A stretch of DNA of 64,000 nt from NCBI RefSeq assembly GCF_011386835.1, contig NC_088791.1, positions 243,536,001 through 243,600,000 of the forward strand, given 5' to 3'. Of this stretch, positions 23,873-36,600 are shown in pieces. The DNA is from Chrysemys picta bellii (lineage: Eukaryota). Made by a program: the position numbers and the translations under genes. The notes under the pieces are model-generated. The model saw only the letters and a list, made by a program, of their open reading frames with translations. It did not search any database and was not told where the DNA came from. The first letter of the stretch is position 1; each line of letters starts with the position of its first letter.

Positions 23873-23918
23873 CTATTTTAAAACACTGTGTGTTTTATAT
23901 GAGGAAAATACTTTCAGG

Positions 23919-24780
23919 TAGAGCCATGTGAAGAACTGATTTTTTGATTCACTGGCAGTTCTGAAAAATTGGAGAAAAAAATCTATTTGATCCAAACCCC
24001 ACATTTTTTGTCAGTAGTGGTGCTGTCCCCCTCCTCCCCACACACTCTTATACCTGAAAGCCCAGTGGCTAGGGCACTCACCCGGCAGGTGAGAGACAGG
24101 AGACCTAAGTTTGAATCCCCACTCTGGAATGGAGATGTAAATTCGGGTTTCCCCATGCTCAGGTGAATGCACTAGCCACCTACAGGCTATCCTAGGGTAG
24201 GTCTCTTTCACTCTCTCGAAGCTGTTCCACTTTGTATAAAATACTGAAATTTTCAATGGGGCAGGGACCTGTCCCCATTCCCAGCCGAGCACTCTAACCG
24301 TGGGCTATAAGGTCACTCTCATGCTCTCGGTCTGGGGTCTAATGACAATTCAGGTATTTTATACAAAGCGGAACAGCTTCAGCAGGATAGAATGAGAGAA
24401 AACTACATCAGAAGAGCCAGTAGCCTGGTGGTTAGGACACTCACCTGGGTTCAAGTCCCTGCTCCAGAGTGGGAATGCAAACCTGTCTCCTATGTCCTAA
24501 GTGAGTGCCCGATGCACGGGGATGTTGGGTTCAAGGGAGGCTGGCAGCACCACAACCTCCTCCTTTTTGTGAATGGTGCCCTTATGACTATAGCCCAGAA
24601 AACCAAAAAGTGTCATTTTTATAAAAGTCAAAACGATTGATTTAGACATTACTGAAATATTTTCTTTGACTGAAACAATTTGCCAAAGTTGACACAAATT
24701 CGCACAATGTTTTGGTTGATCTGAATCTGCATTTTTCAGCAAAAATAGGTTTGGATGAAAAATTTTGCCCCGCTCTTCTT
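23919..24780. mobile_element. Unclassified composite element with three tRNA/SINE-head-like modules and an internal inverted repeat
   Basis: Head-like modules at about 24063 (+), 24263-24300 (-) and 24420 (+). IR gaagctgttccactttgtataaaatactgaaatt / aattcaggtattttatacaaagcggaacagcttc. Boundaries approximate. Confidence 0.5.
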
Positions 24781-24948
24781 CCAATACAATACATTCTGAT
24801 GTTAAACTTTTACCTCTCCTGTGGACAGTCTAACACTAGGGAGTAAAGTACGTTTATCATAAAGTAAATAAAATTATCTGTTACTTTGATCTGTATCAGT
24901 ACTAACAAGCTTCATTCTTTGCTGTGCTTACCTCCTGTTATTCTTCAG

Positions 24949-25283
24949 TAGCACACCCCTCTGCCCAGGTACCGGAGCGGCCCACGGCAACCGTCTCACC
25001 ACTGAGAACCCAGAACTCTCCATCCCGTCTCCCAGCCACTGTGGTTAGGTCACACTCCATGGCTTCTCCACAACATGCCCACCAGTCCCCTGTCCAGGTT
25101 ATTCCTGGAGCACAGTGTGCCAGGCCCATCATTCCTCTCACTTCAGCAGCAGCAGCCATTACTCCTCCAAATGTCAGTGCGGCCAACTTGAACGGAGAGG
25201 CAGGAAATGGGCCGATCAGTGGCTTGGTGACTTCCAGCCCAACCAACACCTCCTGCAAAGCAGAGGAGAGGAAAAATGAAAAG
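24949..25283 (+). CDS. SH3RF3: SH3RF3 exon (RPTATVSPLRTQNSPSRLP...ITPPNVSAANLNGEAG...EERKNEK)
   Basis: Acceptor ttcttcag at 24948, donor GTAATT at 25284. 335 nt, phase 1 to 0. Peptides recognisable as SH3RF3. Confidence 0.95.
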
Positions 25284-28200
25284 GTAATTGCCTTCTCTGG
25301 TGTAATTTAGCAATGGGGGAAGCAGCGTACCTTTTTGAAAATCTTGAATGATATCTGACTTATTTTCTTCTTCTGTTTCCACCGAACATCCTTGCTAAGA
25401 CCATATATTTTTGATTAATGCCTCTTGTGTGTGTGAGGAGAGATGTGATACTTTTCCTGGTTAATCTGTCAAACTCTCATGTTTAACAAGTTTGCTGAGC
25501 CTGTATCTTGTCTGCATTTATAGACTAAGGTTTTTCCTAGCTAACGGTTATAGAAAAAGATGTAGAAACAATCCTCTATAGGTGTCAACGGTCCCCCATC
25601 CCAACGTTTAAATAAGGGAAGTAAAGGACAAACATCAAGAGATGCTTTTGCTCACCAGGTTTTCTATGAGAGGCAGAAACAGCATTTTATCATGTAAGCA
25701 CTGGGCATCCACATCTACAACTATTTTCATACTTTTTAAAATCTGTTCATTGGTTATACTGTAGCATTATCCACTTGCATGTGAGAAATGAGTTTTGCTG
25801 TTAATCTGTTACATTTCTACCTTCTGGCACTTTACTTGGTTGGTGTCTGAATCTTACAGATTTGAAATAGCATAGAAAGACATTATTGGAGAGAGACAGG
25901 CTTCACAGCCAGGTGGCCAAGTCAGAAACTATCTGTCTAATTACATGGAAGAAGTTTTATGAGGTACAAGCCTTGGATGCTGGTGATGGAAGCATAATAG
26001 AACACTGACATGTAAATGGTAGGAGCTGTTAACAGTTCTGTAAACATCTCCATTTCTTTCAGAAAATTGCATTGCCATGGTTCAGTGAAACAGAGAACTG
26101 GATTAAATATGACTCATTGTAGTATGTGATTGATACATTGTAGATTCAAGCTTCTAGGAATCAACACTGGAAACAATATTTCAATGTCTGCGCCTTAAAC
26201 GTGTTGCTAATGAAAGCCAGGGCTTTAAACATTCTCAGCCTTTTAGACTCTTAACAAATATTTTGCTTTCACCCAGAGTTTGCCCTTTGAAAACAGTTCC
26301 CATATATCAACTCTGAGAGTTGTTCACTGGACACCATAGCAGAGTCTACTGATAAACTCTGCCTGGAAGCAAACTGTGGCTTGTGTTTGAACAGCAAGAG
26401 AGGTGAGGAGTTTAGCTTTCTCCTGGATTTGCAGAATTTTTTTTTTCTAAATTCACTAAGTCGCTCCATAGTAACAGACATGCATGGGATAAACATTTAC
26501 TGCGTACACAATAATGCCATGTTTGGAGATCTCCTGAGTGTGCTGAAGGAAACTTGGTAAATATGACATGTGCTCAGGTTCACAGATAAATACTAGTTTC
26601 ACAAAGATGAGGAATGTGAGTTTTAAAATCCCCTCTTAATCCTCTCTCTTGAGTATCTTCCTGATGTCTTTCAATAAAGAGAAGAAGGGCATTGAATTCT
26701 GCCCTGGATGTGAAATTTAAGTATCTGTTTCCAAAAAATGAATTCCCAACTAATACTGAATGTTCCATGATACATGACCAGTATAATACTTTTTTACTTG
26801 CAACCCGAGTTACTACTTTTGTAAGGGAAAGAAAACCTACAGTATATTGGCAAATTTAGTGAAAGATCTATGTTACCTCAAAATGTGTTCCTCATCAGGG
26901 CTTAATGCAATGGGATTTTGGAACTTTTTAAAAAAACTCAAAAAGGAATCCAAATGTCCGTACATTTTTGTTGATAGATTTCTGGTAAGATTCCACATTA
27001 AAACTATACAGGCCCAGTTATACTGTGTTGTTTTCTAAAATATTTGTAAATTCATCCAAACATATAAAGCTTAAAGTTACTGACTTTGTCTGAGGGAAAA
27101 TAAAAGCCATATGATTATTTGATCTTTATGGACAATAATCTATAAACTAACTATATATTTCAGTAATGCAAAGTATTGCAGAAAACTGATAGTCCTTGCA
27201 AAAAAAAGTGTGGAAGAGGAAGTGATGATTAAAATGATAAATTGGAATCTTAGAGGCTTGTTCTTCTCCTTCTGAGGGAGAGAAAGGCATATAACTGTCA
27301 CGTGCATTGAGCAATAGACCTGAAACCTATTCATATAGCATGTCATTCTTATCTTATCCCCTCTTCTTAGAAGTCGTGATTGAGGTTTGTCCAATCCAAA
27401 CTATGCACCTATTCTCTGCACAATCAGAATAAAATCTGAACAGAATTTTTTGGAAGTTAAGATTTAGGCTAGTAATAGACTTAAAGCCATTTGTTACTAG
27501 AGAAGAACCTGAGCTGCAAAGTTGAGATTCCGGTCTGGATAGAGACAGAGGTCAGCCATACAGTTCAGATATGAGCACATTCCAAACATCCTCAGATTTT
27601 GTTGTGAGCCCATCTCATGGTGGTTTAAAGGGAGGCCTCAAAAGTAATCCCCAAGGTTGAGTTTTTCAGAGCAGTGCAGGGGATAGAGCCACTCATCTCC
27701 CATTCAATTTAATCCCCAGGGACAGCTTTTAAAATCTCAGACATCAATCCTCTGTTTCAACCTATTTTTGAAACATCTTGGCCAAAACTTTCCAACCTGG
27801 CAAACCTCAGAAACTAAATTCATATTTAGGCTCTATCTGAAGGTCACTGATTTTCAAAGGAGCCGAACATCCATTGACTTCGCTAGGAGTCACTCGCAGG
27901 TCAGAAGGCAGAATTTGGCCCACTGCAGGGGTTCATGTTAACTGTGCAATTGCAGTCTTCACTCAGCCTTACACCTTCTCCCACATTTCTCTCCCCTAGA
28001 ACTAACAGATCCCTCCCTGAAGCAGGGGAGACACCCCAGGAATACCAGGTTGGGGGCAAAATAAAGGGAAGTGAGTAGAACAGAAATCAAAGGGGCAACA
28101 ATGTAAGGGAGGCACAAGAGGAGAGACAGGCCAGTAGTGGAAGTCGGGAGGTGTAACAGGAGTCACTTTACAGAACAGCAGTAGGGGTGGAAGCAAAGGG

Positions 28201-28699
28201 GTAGAACAAGAGGATGAGGGGTACAGTGGGAGTCATGAAGTGCTGGGCAAAGGACAGGGAGAGGGACACATGATACACACCAGGGAAGAGGGTCAAATAA
28301 AGCCAGATGGGGGAGAAAGCCCTGACACCAAACCCCTCAGGCACCAGTAGCCTGCCAGGTGTAACACCACTCAAAGGCAAGCCCTGAAGGTGCTTCAGCA
28401 GCTAGACCTAGGCGAAGTGAAAGGGCTAGCAGGAAAAGGGAAGCTTGCAAATATCCTGGGTACAGAGGGTTAATCAGTTACAGTTCAAGATGAGCAATAG
28501 CAGTTCTGGTTGGGCCCCCTGCGGCAGCCCAATCAAGAATTATGGCTCTTCAGAGCTATAGCCTGGGGTTCCTTCTCCAGTCTAGTCTCTGTTCAAGGAA
28601 ATGAAAGTTGTGGGTTTCCAGGCCAGAATCGCTTAATGGTGTGTCTCTCCCTGGGGCCCCTTTGCACTAGCTCCCTGCCCAGCCACCGCTACTCCCTCA

Positions 28700-28900
28700 T
28701 AAGTAGGGGATCTACCAAATTCGCAGCCATGAAAATTGCATCATGGACCATGAAATCTGGTCTCCCCTGTGAAATCTGATCTCCAGTCACCCAGCTCTGA
28801 AGGCAGAGCAGAGAACAGTGGCTGCTGCCCATGCGCCCATCTCTGAAGACAGCACTGCCCGCCAGCAGCAGCAGAAGAGAAGTAAAGGTGGCATGGAATT
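28700..28900. mobile_element. Fragment of a TAGGGCCCTACC-type DNA transposon (related to 39087-39560)
   Basis: taggggatctaccaaattcgcagccatgaaa, and ctctgaaggcag..cagcagcagcagaag in the opposite orientation to motifs at 39300-39480. Confidence 0.5.
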
Positions 28901-31900
28901 TAAGTAGACCCCAACGATTCAAGTAGACCTCTACTCATATTTCTCATACAGACCTGCACCCAGCTGTCATGTCCAGCAGTCACAGCCTGTTCCACACGCA
29001 GCTCTACATGCATTTCCTGCGAGGTCCTGGCTGCTTTCCAGCTCCAGGCTCACAATGTGACTGCTGTTTTCCGAGAGTGCCCAATCACTTCCTGGGGTGG
29101 GTCCTTCCTCTTACATGGCCAGGAGAAAGGGAAGTGCAGTGGGAATGCAGCTAATGGGAATCATTTTCTCCTGCCAGAAGTGCCTTGTCATTTCATGGGC
29201 CAGGGTCTTTCCTTCTACCTAGCCAGGGGAAAGAAGATGTTCAGTGGGGAGAGGGCAATGGGGAATTGTAGTTTCCTGCTTAGAGGTTTCACCACAGACC
29301 TCCCATCACAAGCCATCTGGGGTTCATAGGTAAACACTATTCTGCTCCAGGAACAAAATATCACCACTCCAGAATGGGGATAGCCAAATAAATCCCTTTC
29401 CAGTGGATTGAACAAAGACTCCCTAAAATGTCACCGGGTCAGAGGGAAGATAACGAAAAATAAAAGTGAATGCAAACTGCTTCATTTTATGGTAGAGATT
29501 GTGTTTGAGTTTCTACAGTTACTTATCTAGTTAATTACTAACTAGCTACTAACTCGATCTGTCACTGTGATCCCTACTAAATTTTCTGAATTCCCCCCCA
29601 TTCGAAAGAATGACAGGGAGATCTCAGCAAGGGAATGAAACTAAAGACCTGTGTTGTGTTTTTTAAATCATAGACCCTATCTCTTCAATCAGGGTGCGTG
29701 TTCTCTAAATCCAACTGGTAGAATGCAGCTGAGACCATGCAATTATAGCATAGTCTTTAGTTCCACCTCAGCCAATTACTTGTATTATAACTTCTTTTTC
29801 ACACACAGACAGACACACACACACATTCTCACACACACACAAACACTCTGTTTAGCACCTCTGATAAAGCCACTTATTTGAATGAATTAATGCATTTCTC
29901 ATTAAACATGCTCCTTATTACTTTAATCAAATCAAGCAAGTCACACTAGGTGGTTTGACCACTCTAATTAAACTTTCTGTAAAATCCACTCATTTCATTT
30001 TTGATGAGAATTTTGATTAAATTCCTGTAAACGTCTGGCACCATGTCTGCTAAAGTTGAGGATAAGTGATTGCTCTTGTGAGTAGCCTGTTAATTTATCA
30101 TACGTTTTACTGACTCTTTTTTGCTTTAACAGCCAGAATGTACAAAAATGTTTGAAAATTGGCAACCCAAAATTAAACAGTTGTTCTAAGTGTGCAGAAA
30201 AAAAAATCTGTTTGCAGCTTTAAAATAGGGTAAAACCAACAAATGAGTTCCTAGAATCTATGCAGTAGCTGCAAAAATCTGTTAAACAGATCACAGAAAT
30301 GGGGAAAACATATCATATTGCTGTTTACTGATGTTAAGGTAACGAGATTTTCAGAAAGAGCCTCTGAACAAACACCTACAGTTTTGCATATATAAATCAT
30401 GTAAATAATAGAGGGGCTAGATGTCTTTTTCCTCACCTGTGTCACTTGCTTGTACAAATTCAGATTATTTAGCACAAAAATAATTTTGCTCACAAAGTTA
30501 CAGATGCAAATTTGGAGGCTGGATAGAAGTCTCTTTGAAAATTTGGCTCTGTAAAACAAGAGACAGTGTTAGATTGTCTTTTTCCTTTTTCATAGTAAAT
30601 GTCTTCATCCAGATTGCCTGTTTAAACTGTGACTCTAATCACTAGACTGATAGGTTCAGTGGGTAGTACTCAAATTCTGCATCCAGGACCTGATCCTACA
30701 AGGTTCAGAGCCCCCCTCAGTTCCCAATGACTAAGTTTTAAAATCTGTTTTGCAGCTTTTTCATATATTATTAACTTGTGTGAAAGTGAAAAGGATTTTT
30801 ATCACTTTGTATTTACTAAAAAAATTGAATTCTTCTTTCAGAAAATGGAGGGTCAGTCTGAAATGTGCGGTGCCGAGCCCCTTCAACTCCCACTGACTTT
30901 ATTAGATATTAAATGACCAAAATAGTGGTCACTTTGGGACAAGTAAATATAAAAGAAGCTAAGGACTTTCAATATGACTAACACTAAATTTTTGGAAGTG
31001 GAATTCAATAATCTTAGTAGAGATGAAGTGATACAAAATATTATTATTATTTTATTATTTTATTATTTTGCTTTGAAACATTCACCTGAGAAGAAAGTGG
31101 AAGAAAAAAAAAAGGTATGGCAAAAATAAAAAAGTCAATTACAGAAAAGTACCACACTTTAGTTCCTCTTCTAGTTCGATTTCCTCTGTATGTAGAAAAC
31201 AAAAGTAGTAACACTGTCAAGTTTTGCATCAAAAATATAAGCAGCTAAAAGAATAAGTTCTGTACTGTGAAAGATCCATTTCTTTTCAATACACTATAGC
31301 AGGCTGTAGTCACCACTAATGAGCTCCAGCTTTCCACATTTCAGAAGGCTGATCTTGTGACCATCAAGTGATTCACCAGACACTTGGCCCGTGAGGGAAG
31401 CCTTTTCTTCCGATCATGTGAGTTCAGGCCACAAAGTGCAGATTTGGGGTAGAGAGCTCATGCTTCAAATCTCTCCAGCGCCTTCTCCACCATCACTAAA
31501 GCTCAATCAAAAGGACAGAAAAACTGGCAACCAACTGATGAACATTTTTCAGGCTGGCAATTAACCCAGCCAAAAGCATGAACCCCAGCTGTCAAAACAT
31601 AACATACTTCTGCTTTACAAGAAAACAGATTGTCTTTTTGACTGGCGGGGGTTCTTTTGCTTAGGTCAAAGGCAGTATGCCATTGATCAAAATTTCTTTT
31701 TCTTCCTCAGATTTTTATGTTATGAAATGCTTTCAAACTCCCCACAGAAATTTTGCACCTTGACTTTGCTGCAAAGCGGCCTCTGAAAGTCCATTTTTCC
31801 TGTAATGCAATCGGAGGATCTCTCATATATCCACAGGGAAATTTTCCTGGTATCATCGCTAATGTCTCTGTGCTGTACTTTGTGGCTATCAGTAGAGCTG

Positions 31901-32539
31901 CTCAGGAATTTTCCAACAAAATTTCACCACCACCCCAGCTCCCCCACCCCCACACACACCCGCCAAGAGAAAATACCAAAAAGGGCTGGTTTAGCCAAAC
32001 CTGATTTGAAATTTTTTTGAAAAACAGTTCTGAAATTGTAGAAATGCCCCATTTTGACAGACAAGATGTTTTATTTTTTATTCAAAATGACTCTTGACAT
32101 TTTAGTTAACTTACAGTAAAAAATGTTTTAAAAATATAAAAAGTAAAAATTGAAACCTATTTTGATTTACCTGATCCAAAAAAATGTGGATTATTGGTTC
32201 TCAAAAATTGTAGAGATTGACCTTTCACCCCACATTTGGATGGGAAAAAATTTGAAATCTCAAACTCTTGTAGGATAGGAAAGTCGTTTCCCATCGAGTG
32301 CAAGCTATAAGGGGAGGTGAAACCAAAGACATTGTGAATGGAGAATGCTTTGGCTTCAAGATGAGATTATGTGAACTCCAAGATGTAGCATTCTGCTGGC
32401 ACCTACAGAGGTCTAATTTTATAGTGAATAGGGCCTGTGTTGTTTACTAAATCCTTAGCTTTGCTTGGGGGAAAACCAAAGAACTGACAAAAGACAAGGG
32501 CACACAAGGGAGTGCTGGAAAGAAAAAGATAAAGTTCTG

Positions 32540-35195
32540 TGGATGTTATGTGAAAAAATATAGGATCAGAATTTGCAGGAAGGACAGGCAGGGGAAAAAG
32601 GGAGGAAGTGTTGCCTTACATATTAAAAATGTATACGCTTGGACTGAGGTTGAGATGGAAATAGGAGACAGAATAAAAGGGGTAAAAACAAGGGTAATAT
32701 CATGATAGGGTCCAGTACAGACCATCTAACCAGGAAGAAGAGGTTGATGAGGCTTTTTTAAAAATAATTAACAAAATCATCCAAAGCACAGGACTTGGTG
32801 GTGATGGGGGAATTCAAATACCCAGACATCTGTTGGGAAAATATCACAGCAGGGCACAGATTATCCAACAAGTTCTTGGACTGTATTGGAGACAATTTTT
32901 TATTTCAGAAGGTGGAGAAAGCTACTAGGGGAGAGGCTGTTCTAGATTTGATTTTGACAAATAGGGAGGAACTGGTTGAGAATTTGAAAGTAATGATGAA
33001 ATGGTAGAGTTCATGATTCTAAGGAATGGTAGGAGGGAAAACAGCACAATAAAGATAATGGATTTCAAGAAGGCAGAGTTTAGCAAACTCAGGGAGTTGG
33101 TAGGTAAGATCCCATGGGAAGCAAGTCTAAGAAAAAAGGCAGTTTGAGAGAGTTGGCAGTTTTTCAAAGAGACATTATTAAGAGCACAAGAGCAAACTAT
33201 CCCATTGTGTGGGAAAGATAGGAAGTATGGCAAGAGACCACCCTGGCTAAATCAGGAGATCTTCAGTGATATGAAACTCAAAAAGGAGTCCTACAAAAAG
33301 TGGAAACTAGATCAAATTACAAAGGATGAATATAAACAAATAATACAAGTATGTAGGGACAAAATTAGAAAGGCCAAGGCGAAAAAATGAGATTAAATTA
33401 GCTCGAAACATAAAGGGTAACAAGAAAACATTCTACAAATACATTAAAAGAAGAAGGAAGATAACTCAGTGAGGTGGGAGGAACAATAACAGAAAATGTG
33501 GAACTGGCAGAAGTGCTAAATGACTTTTTTGTTTCAGTTTTCACCAAGAAGGTTGGTGGTGATTGGACAGCTAACATAGTGAATGCCAATGAAAATGAGA
33601 TAGGATCAGAGGCTAAAATAAGGAAAGAACAAGTTAAAAATTACTTAGACAAGTTAGATGTCTTCAAGTCACCAGGGCCTGATGAAATACCTCCTAGAAT
33701 ATTTAAGGAGTTGAGGAGATATCTGAGCCATTAGCGATTATCTTTGAAAAATCATGGAAGATGGGAGAGATTCCAGAGGACTGGAAAGGGCAAATATAAT
33801 GCCAATCTCTAAAAAGGGAAATAAGGACAACCCAGGGAATTAAAGACAAATCAGCTTTACTTCTCTACCCGGAAAGATAATGAAGCAAATAATTAAGCAA
33901 TCAATTTGCAAACACCTAGAAGATAATAAGTTGATAAGTAACAGTCAGCCTGGATTTGTCAAAAACAAATTGTGTCAAACCAAGCTAAAAGCTTTCTTTG
34001 ACAGGGTAACACGCCTTGTGGATGGGGGGAAGCAGAAGATGTGGTATATCTTGACTTTAGATGTGGTATATCTTGACTTTAGTAAGGCTTTTGATACTGA
34101 CTCACATGACCTTCTCATAAACAAACTAGGGAAATACAACCTAGATGGAGCTACTATAAAGTGGGTGCATAACTGGTTGAAAAATCTTTCCCAGAAAGTA
34201 GTTATTAGTGGTTCACACTCAAGCTGGAAGGGTGTATCGAGTGAGGTCCCGCAGGGATCAGTTCTGGGTCTGGTTCTGTTCAATATCTTCATCAATGATT
34301 TAGATAATGGCATAGAGAGTACACTTATAAAGTTTGTGGACTGTACCAAGCTGGGAGGGGTTGCAAGTGCTTTGGAGGATAGGATTAAAATTCAAAATGA
34401 TCTGGATAAACTGGAGTAATAGTCTGAAGTAAATAGGATGAAATTCAATAAGGACAAATGTAACATACTGCACTTAGGAAGGAACAATCAGTTGCACACA
34501 TACAAAATAGGAAATGACTGCCTAGGAAGGAGTACTGCAGGAAGGGATCTGGGGATTGTAGTGGATCACAAGCAATATATGAGTGAACAGTGTAAAACTG
34601 TTGCAAAAAAAAAGGAAAAAAAAGCAAACAGCATTCTGGGATGTATTAGCACTAGAGTCGTAAGCAAGACACTAGAAGCAACTCTTCCGCTCTACTCCAC
34701 ACTGACAAAACCTCAGCTGGAAAGATGTGGAGAAATTGGAGAAAGTCCAGAGAAGAGCAACAAAAATGATTGCAGGTCTAGAAAACATGACCTGTGAGGG
34801 AAGATTTAAAAAATTGGGTTTGTTTAGTCTCGAAAAGAGAAAACTGAGAGGGGGAGATGATAACAGTTTTCAAATACATAAAAGGTTGTTACCAGGAAGA
34901 GGGAGAAAAATTGTTGTTCTTAACCTGTGAGGGTAGAATAAGAATCAATGGGCTTAAACTGCAACACGGGCAGTTTACGTAGGACATTAGGAAAAGCTTC
35001 CTAACTGTCAGGGTGGTTACGCACTGGAATAAATTGCCTACGGAGGTTGTGGAATCTCCATCATTGGAGATTTTTAAGAGCAGGTTAGACAAACACTTGT
35101 CAGGCATGGTCTAGATAATACTTAGTCCTGCCTTGAATGCAAGGGACTGGTCTAGATGACCTCTCGAGGTCCCTTCCAGTCCTATGATTCTATGA
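32540..35195 (+). mobile_element. CR1 LINE, about 2.65 kb, 5'-truncated (endonuclease remnant through RT to 3' UTR), multiple stops and frameshifts
   Basis: [72 protein letters not shown]. Tail gaggtcccttccagtcctatgattctatga. Confidence 0.96.
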
Positions 35196-35299
35196 CATGC
35201 ATCAAAAAAGAATCAAATTGGATTAGAGGCTGTAGTGCTGTAGAACACGCCATCAGATAGTTCAGTGAAACTTATGCACTCGGATGGTGTCAGTGGGTG

Positions 35300-35751
35300 A
35301 AGATGAAATGGTGAAGTGGTAGAAGGAGCCTAAATGCTCTTTATGGGTAAGCTCTGCAATGTCCCTTCTTGCTGCTGTTTCCTTGGGATGTTTCCTACTC
35401 CGCTTCTCTCAGGCTTCCACTCCACCACCCTTCTGGGTAAACCCTTCCTTCAGGGCCTGGATCCCAGGGCTTCTACTCTCTCTCTCTCTCTCTGGGTTTC
35501 CTTCTTTCCCTCTCTAGTGCCCAGAGAGTGACTGCAGCCTTCCACACTGCAGCCCCCTCTGCCATCCTTTTCTGCTGCCAACTCGTTGGCTTTATACTAG
35601 CCCCGCCTGTTCCTTCTCCTCTGTGTTCCACCATCGATCTGGGGTTACTTAGGCCACCTAATTCCCTCAGGTGTGGCCTGTCCACTTAATTGGCCCATTC
35701 TCAGCCCCATTAACCTCTTCTACGCTAGTGTGGGGTGAAAACCCCACCACA
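35300..35751 (-). mobile_element. LTR-like element (probably solo)
   Basis: Minus strand starts TGTGGTGGGG..cacactagc..gaggttaatggg and has a TATAAAG box. Left boundary and TSD not resolved. Confidence 0.55.
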
Positions 35752-35899
35752 GGCAGGTAAGTGGCAGAAGGGTGATGTAAATTAAGATACCTTCCTCTCC
35801 CATGCAAAGGGAGACTCACATCACAGCAGCTCTCAGCAAAGTTGTGCAGCACACCCAGCTAGCATGAGGGAGGAGTAGCCCCAGCCCCTCCATTGATCC

Positions 35900-36600
35900 T
35901 GTTTTCCATTATATCCCTCCTGAGCACCTATCCAGCTTCCCAGGTCCACCCCTGAACCTCAGCACTCCCTGTTTCAGCAGCCCAACACAGATGCAACCCA
36001 CTGTGAGGATCCACCAGTTCTGAACCTGGTCCCATGGGCACTCGGGCCACTGCTGCATCCACACCACTACCTGATGGTTCTACTAGTGATAGGAGAATTG
36101 GGAGCTCTAAGACCTTATCCTCCACTAAAGACACTGCCCACAGCAGCCTGAGTGGAGGAGCTTTGGAGTCCCTGGTTGGGCTGGGTCCACTATTTAAGCT
36201 GGAAAGAGACAGGAAGTTGTCTGTGCAACACTGTGGACCCTGGCTTGCTGATGCTACAGACCCTGCTTTATGCTATCTGAGTCCTGGCTTTATCCCCTGT
36301 TCCTGGCTCCTGCCCTCAGCCCTTGTCCCTGAACCCTGTTGCTCTGGTTCTGACTGCTCCGGCTCTGAACCTAGGCTATGGCTCTTCGGCTTACAACTCG
36401 GCGCTGACCATTGACTTTGGCTCCCGTTTTCTGTCTGACCCTGGCTCCAACTTTTGACTCTGAGACATAGCTCTGACTTCAGACCTGTCTGTTAGCCTCT
36501 GGTTCCTGAACACAGTGCTGTTCAACCAGGCCAGACTGCCCATGCCCCGGGCACTGGTACTGGTCTGCCACAAACCCGATACATACTCCCTTGTCTCCCT
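35900..36600 (+). mobile_element. Possible Gypsy-type LTR remnant
   Basis: ctatttaagc TATA-like box followed by repeated ctgac/ccctggct/ctctga motifs. Boundaries unclear. Confidence 0.35.

Noticed and set aside
24060-24460. tRNA genes
   Set aside because: Only degenerate A/B-box-like pieces, with no cloverleaf or acceptor stem.
24966-24974. Internal CAG|GTACCG in the exon as an alternative acceptor or donor
   Set aside because: Either use shifts the frame (20 nt from the exon start) and the encoded peptide aligns with SH3RF3. No support.
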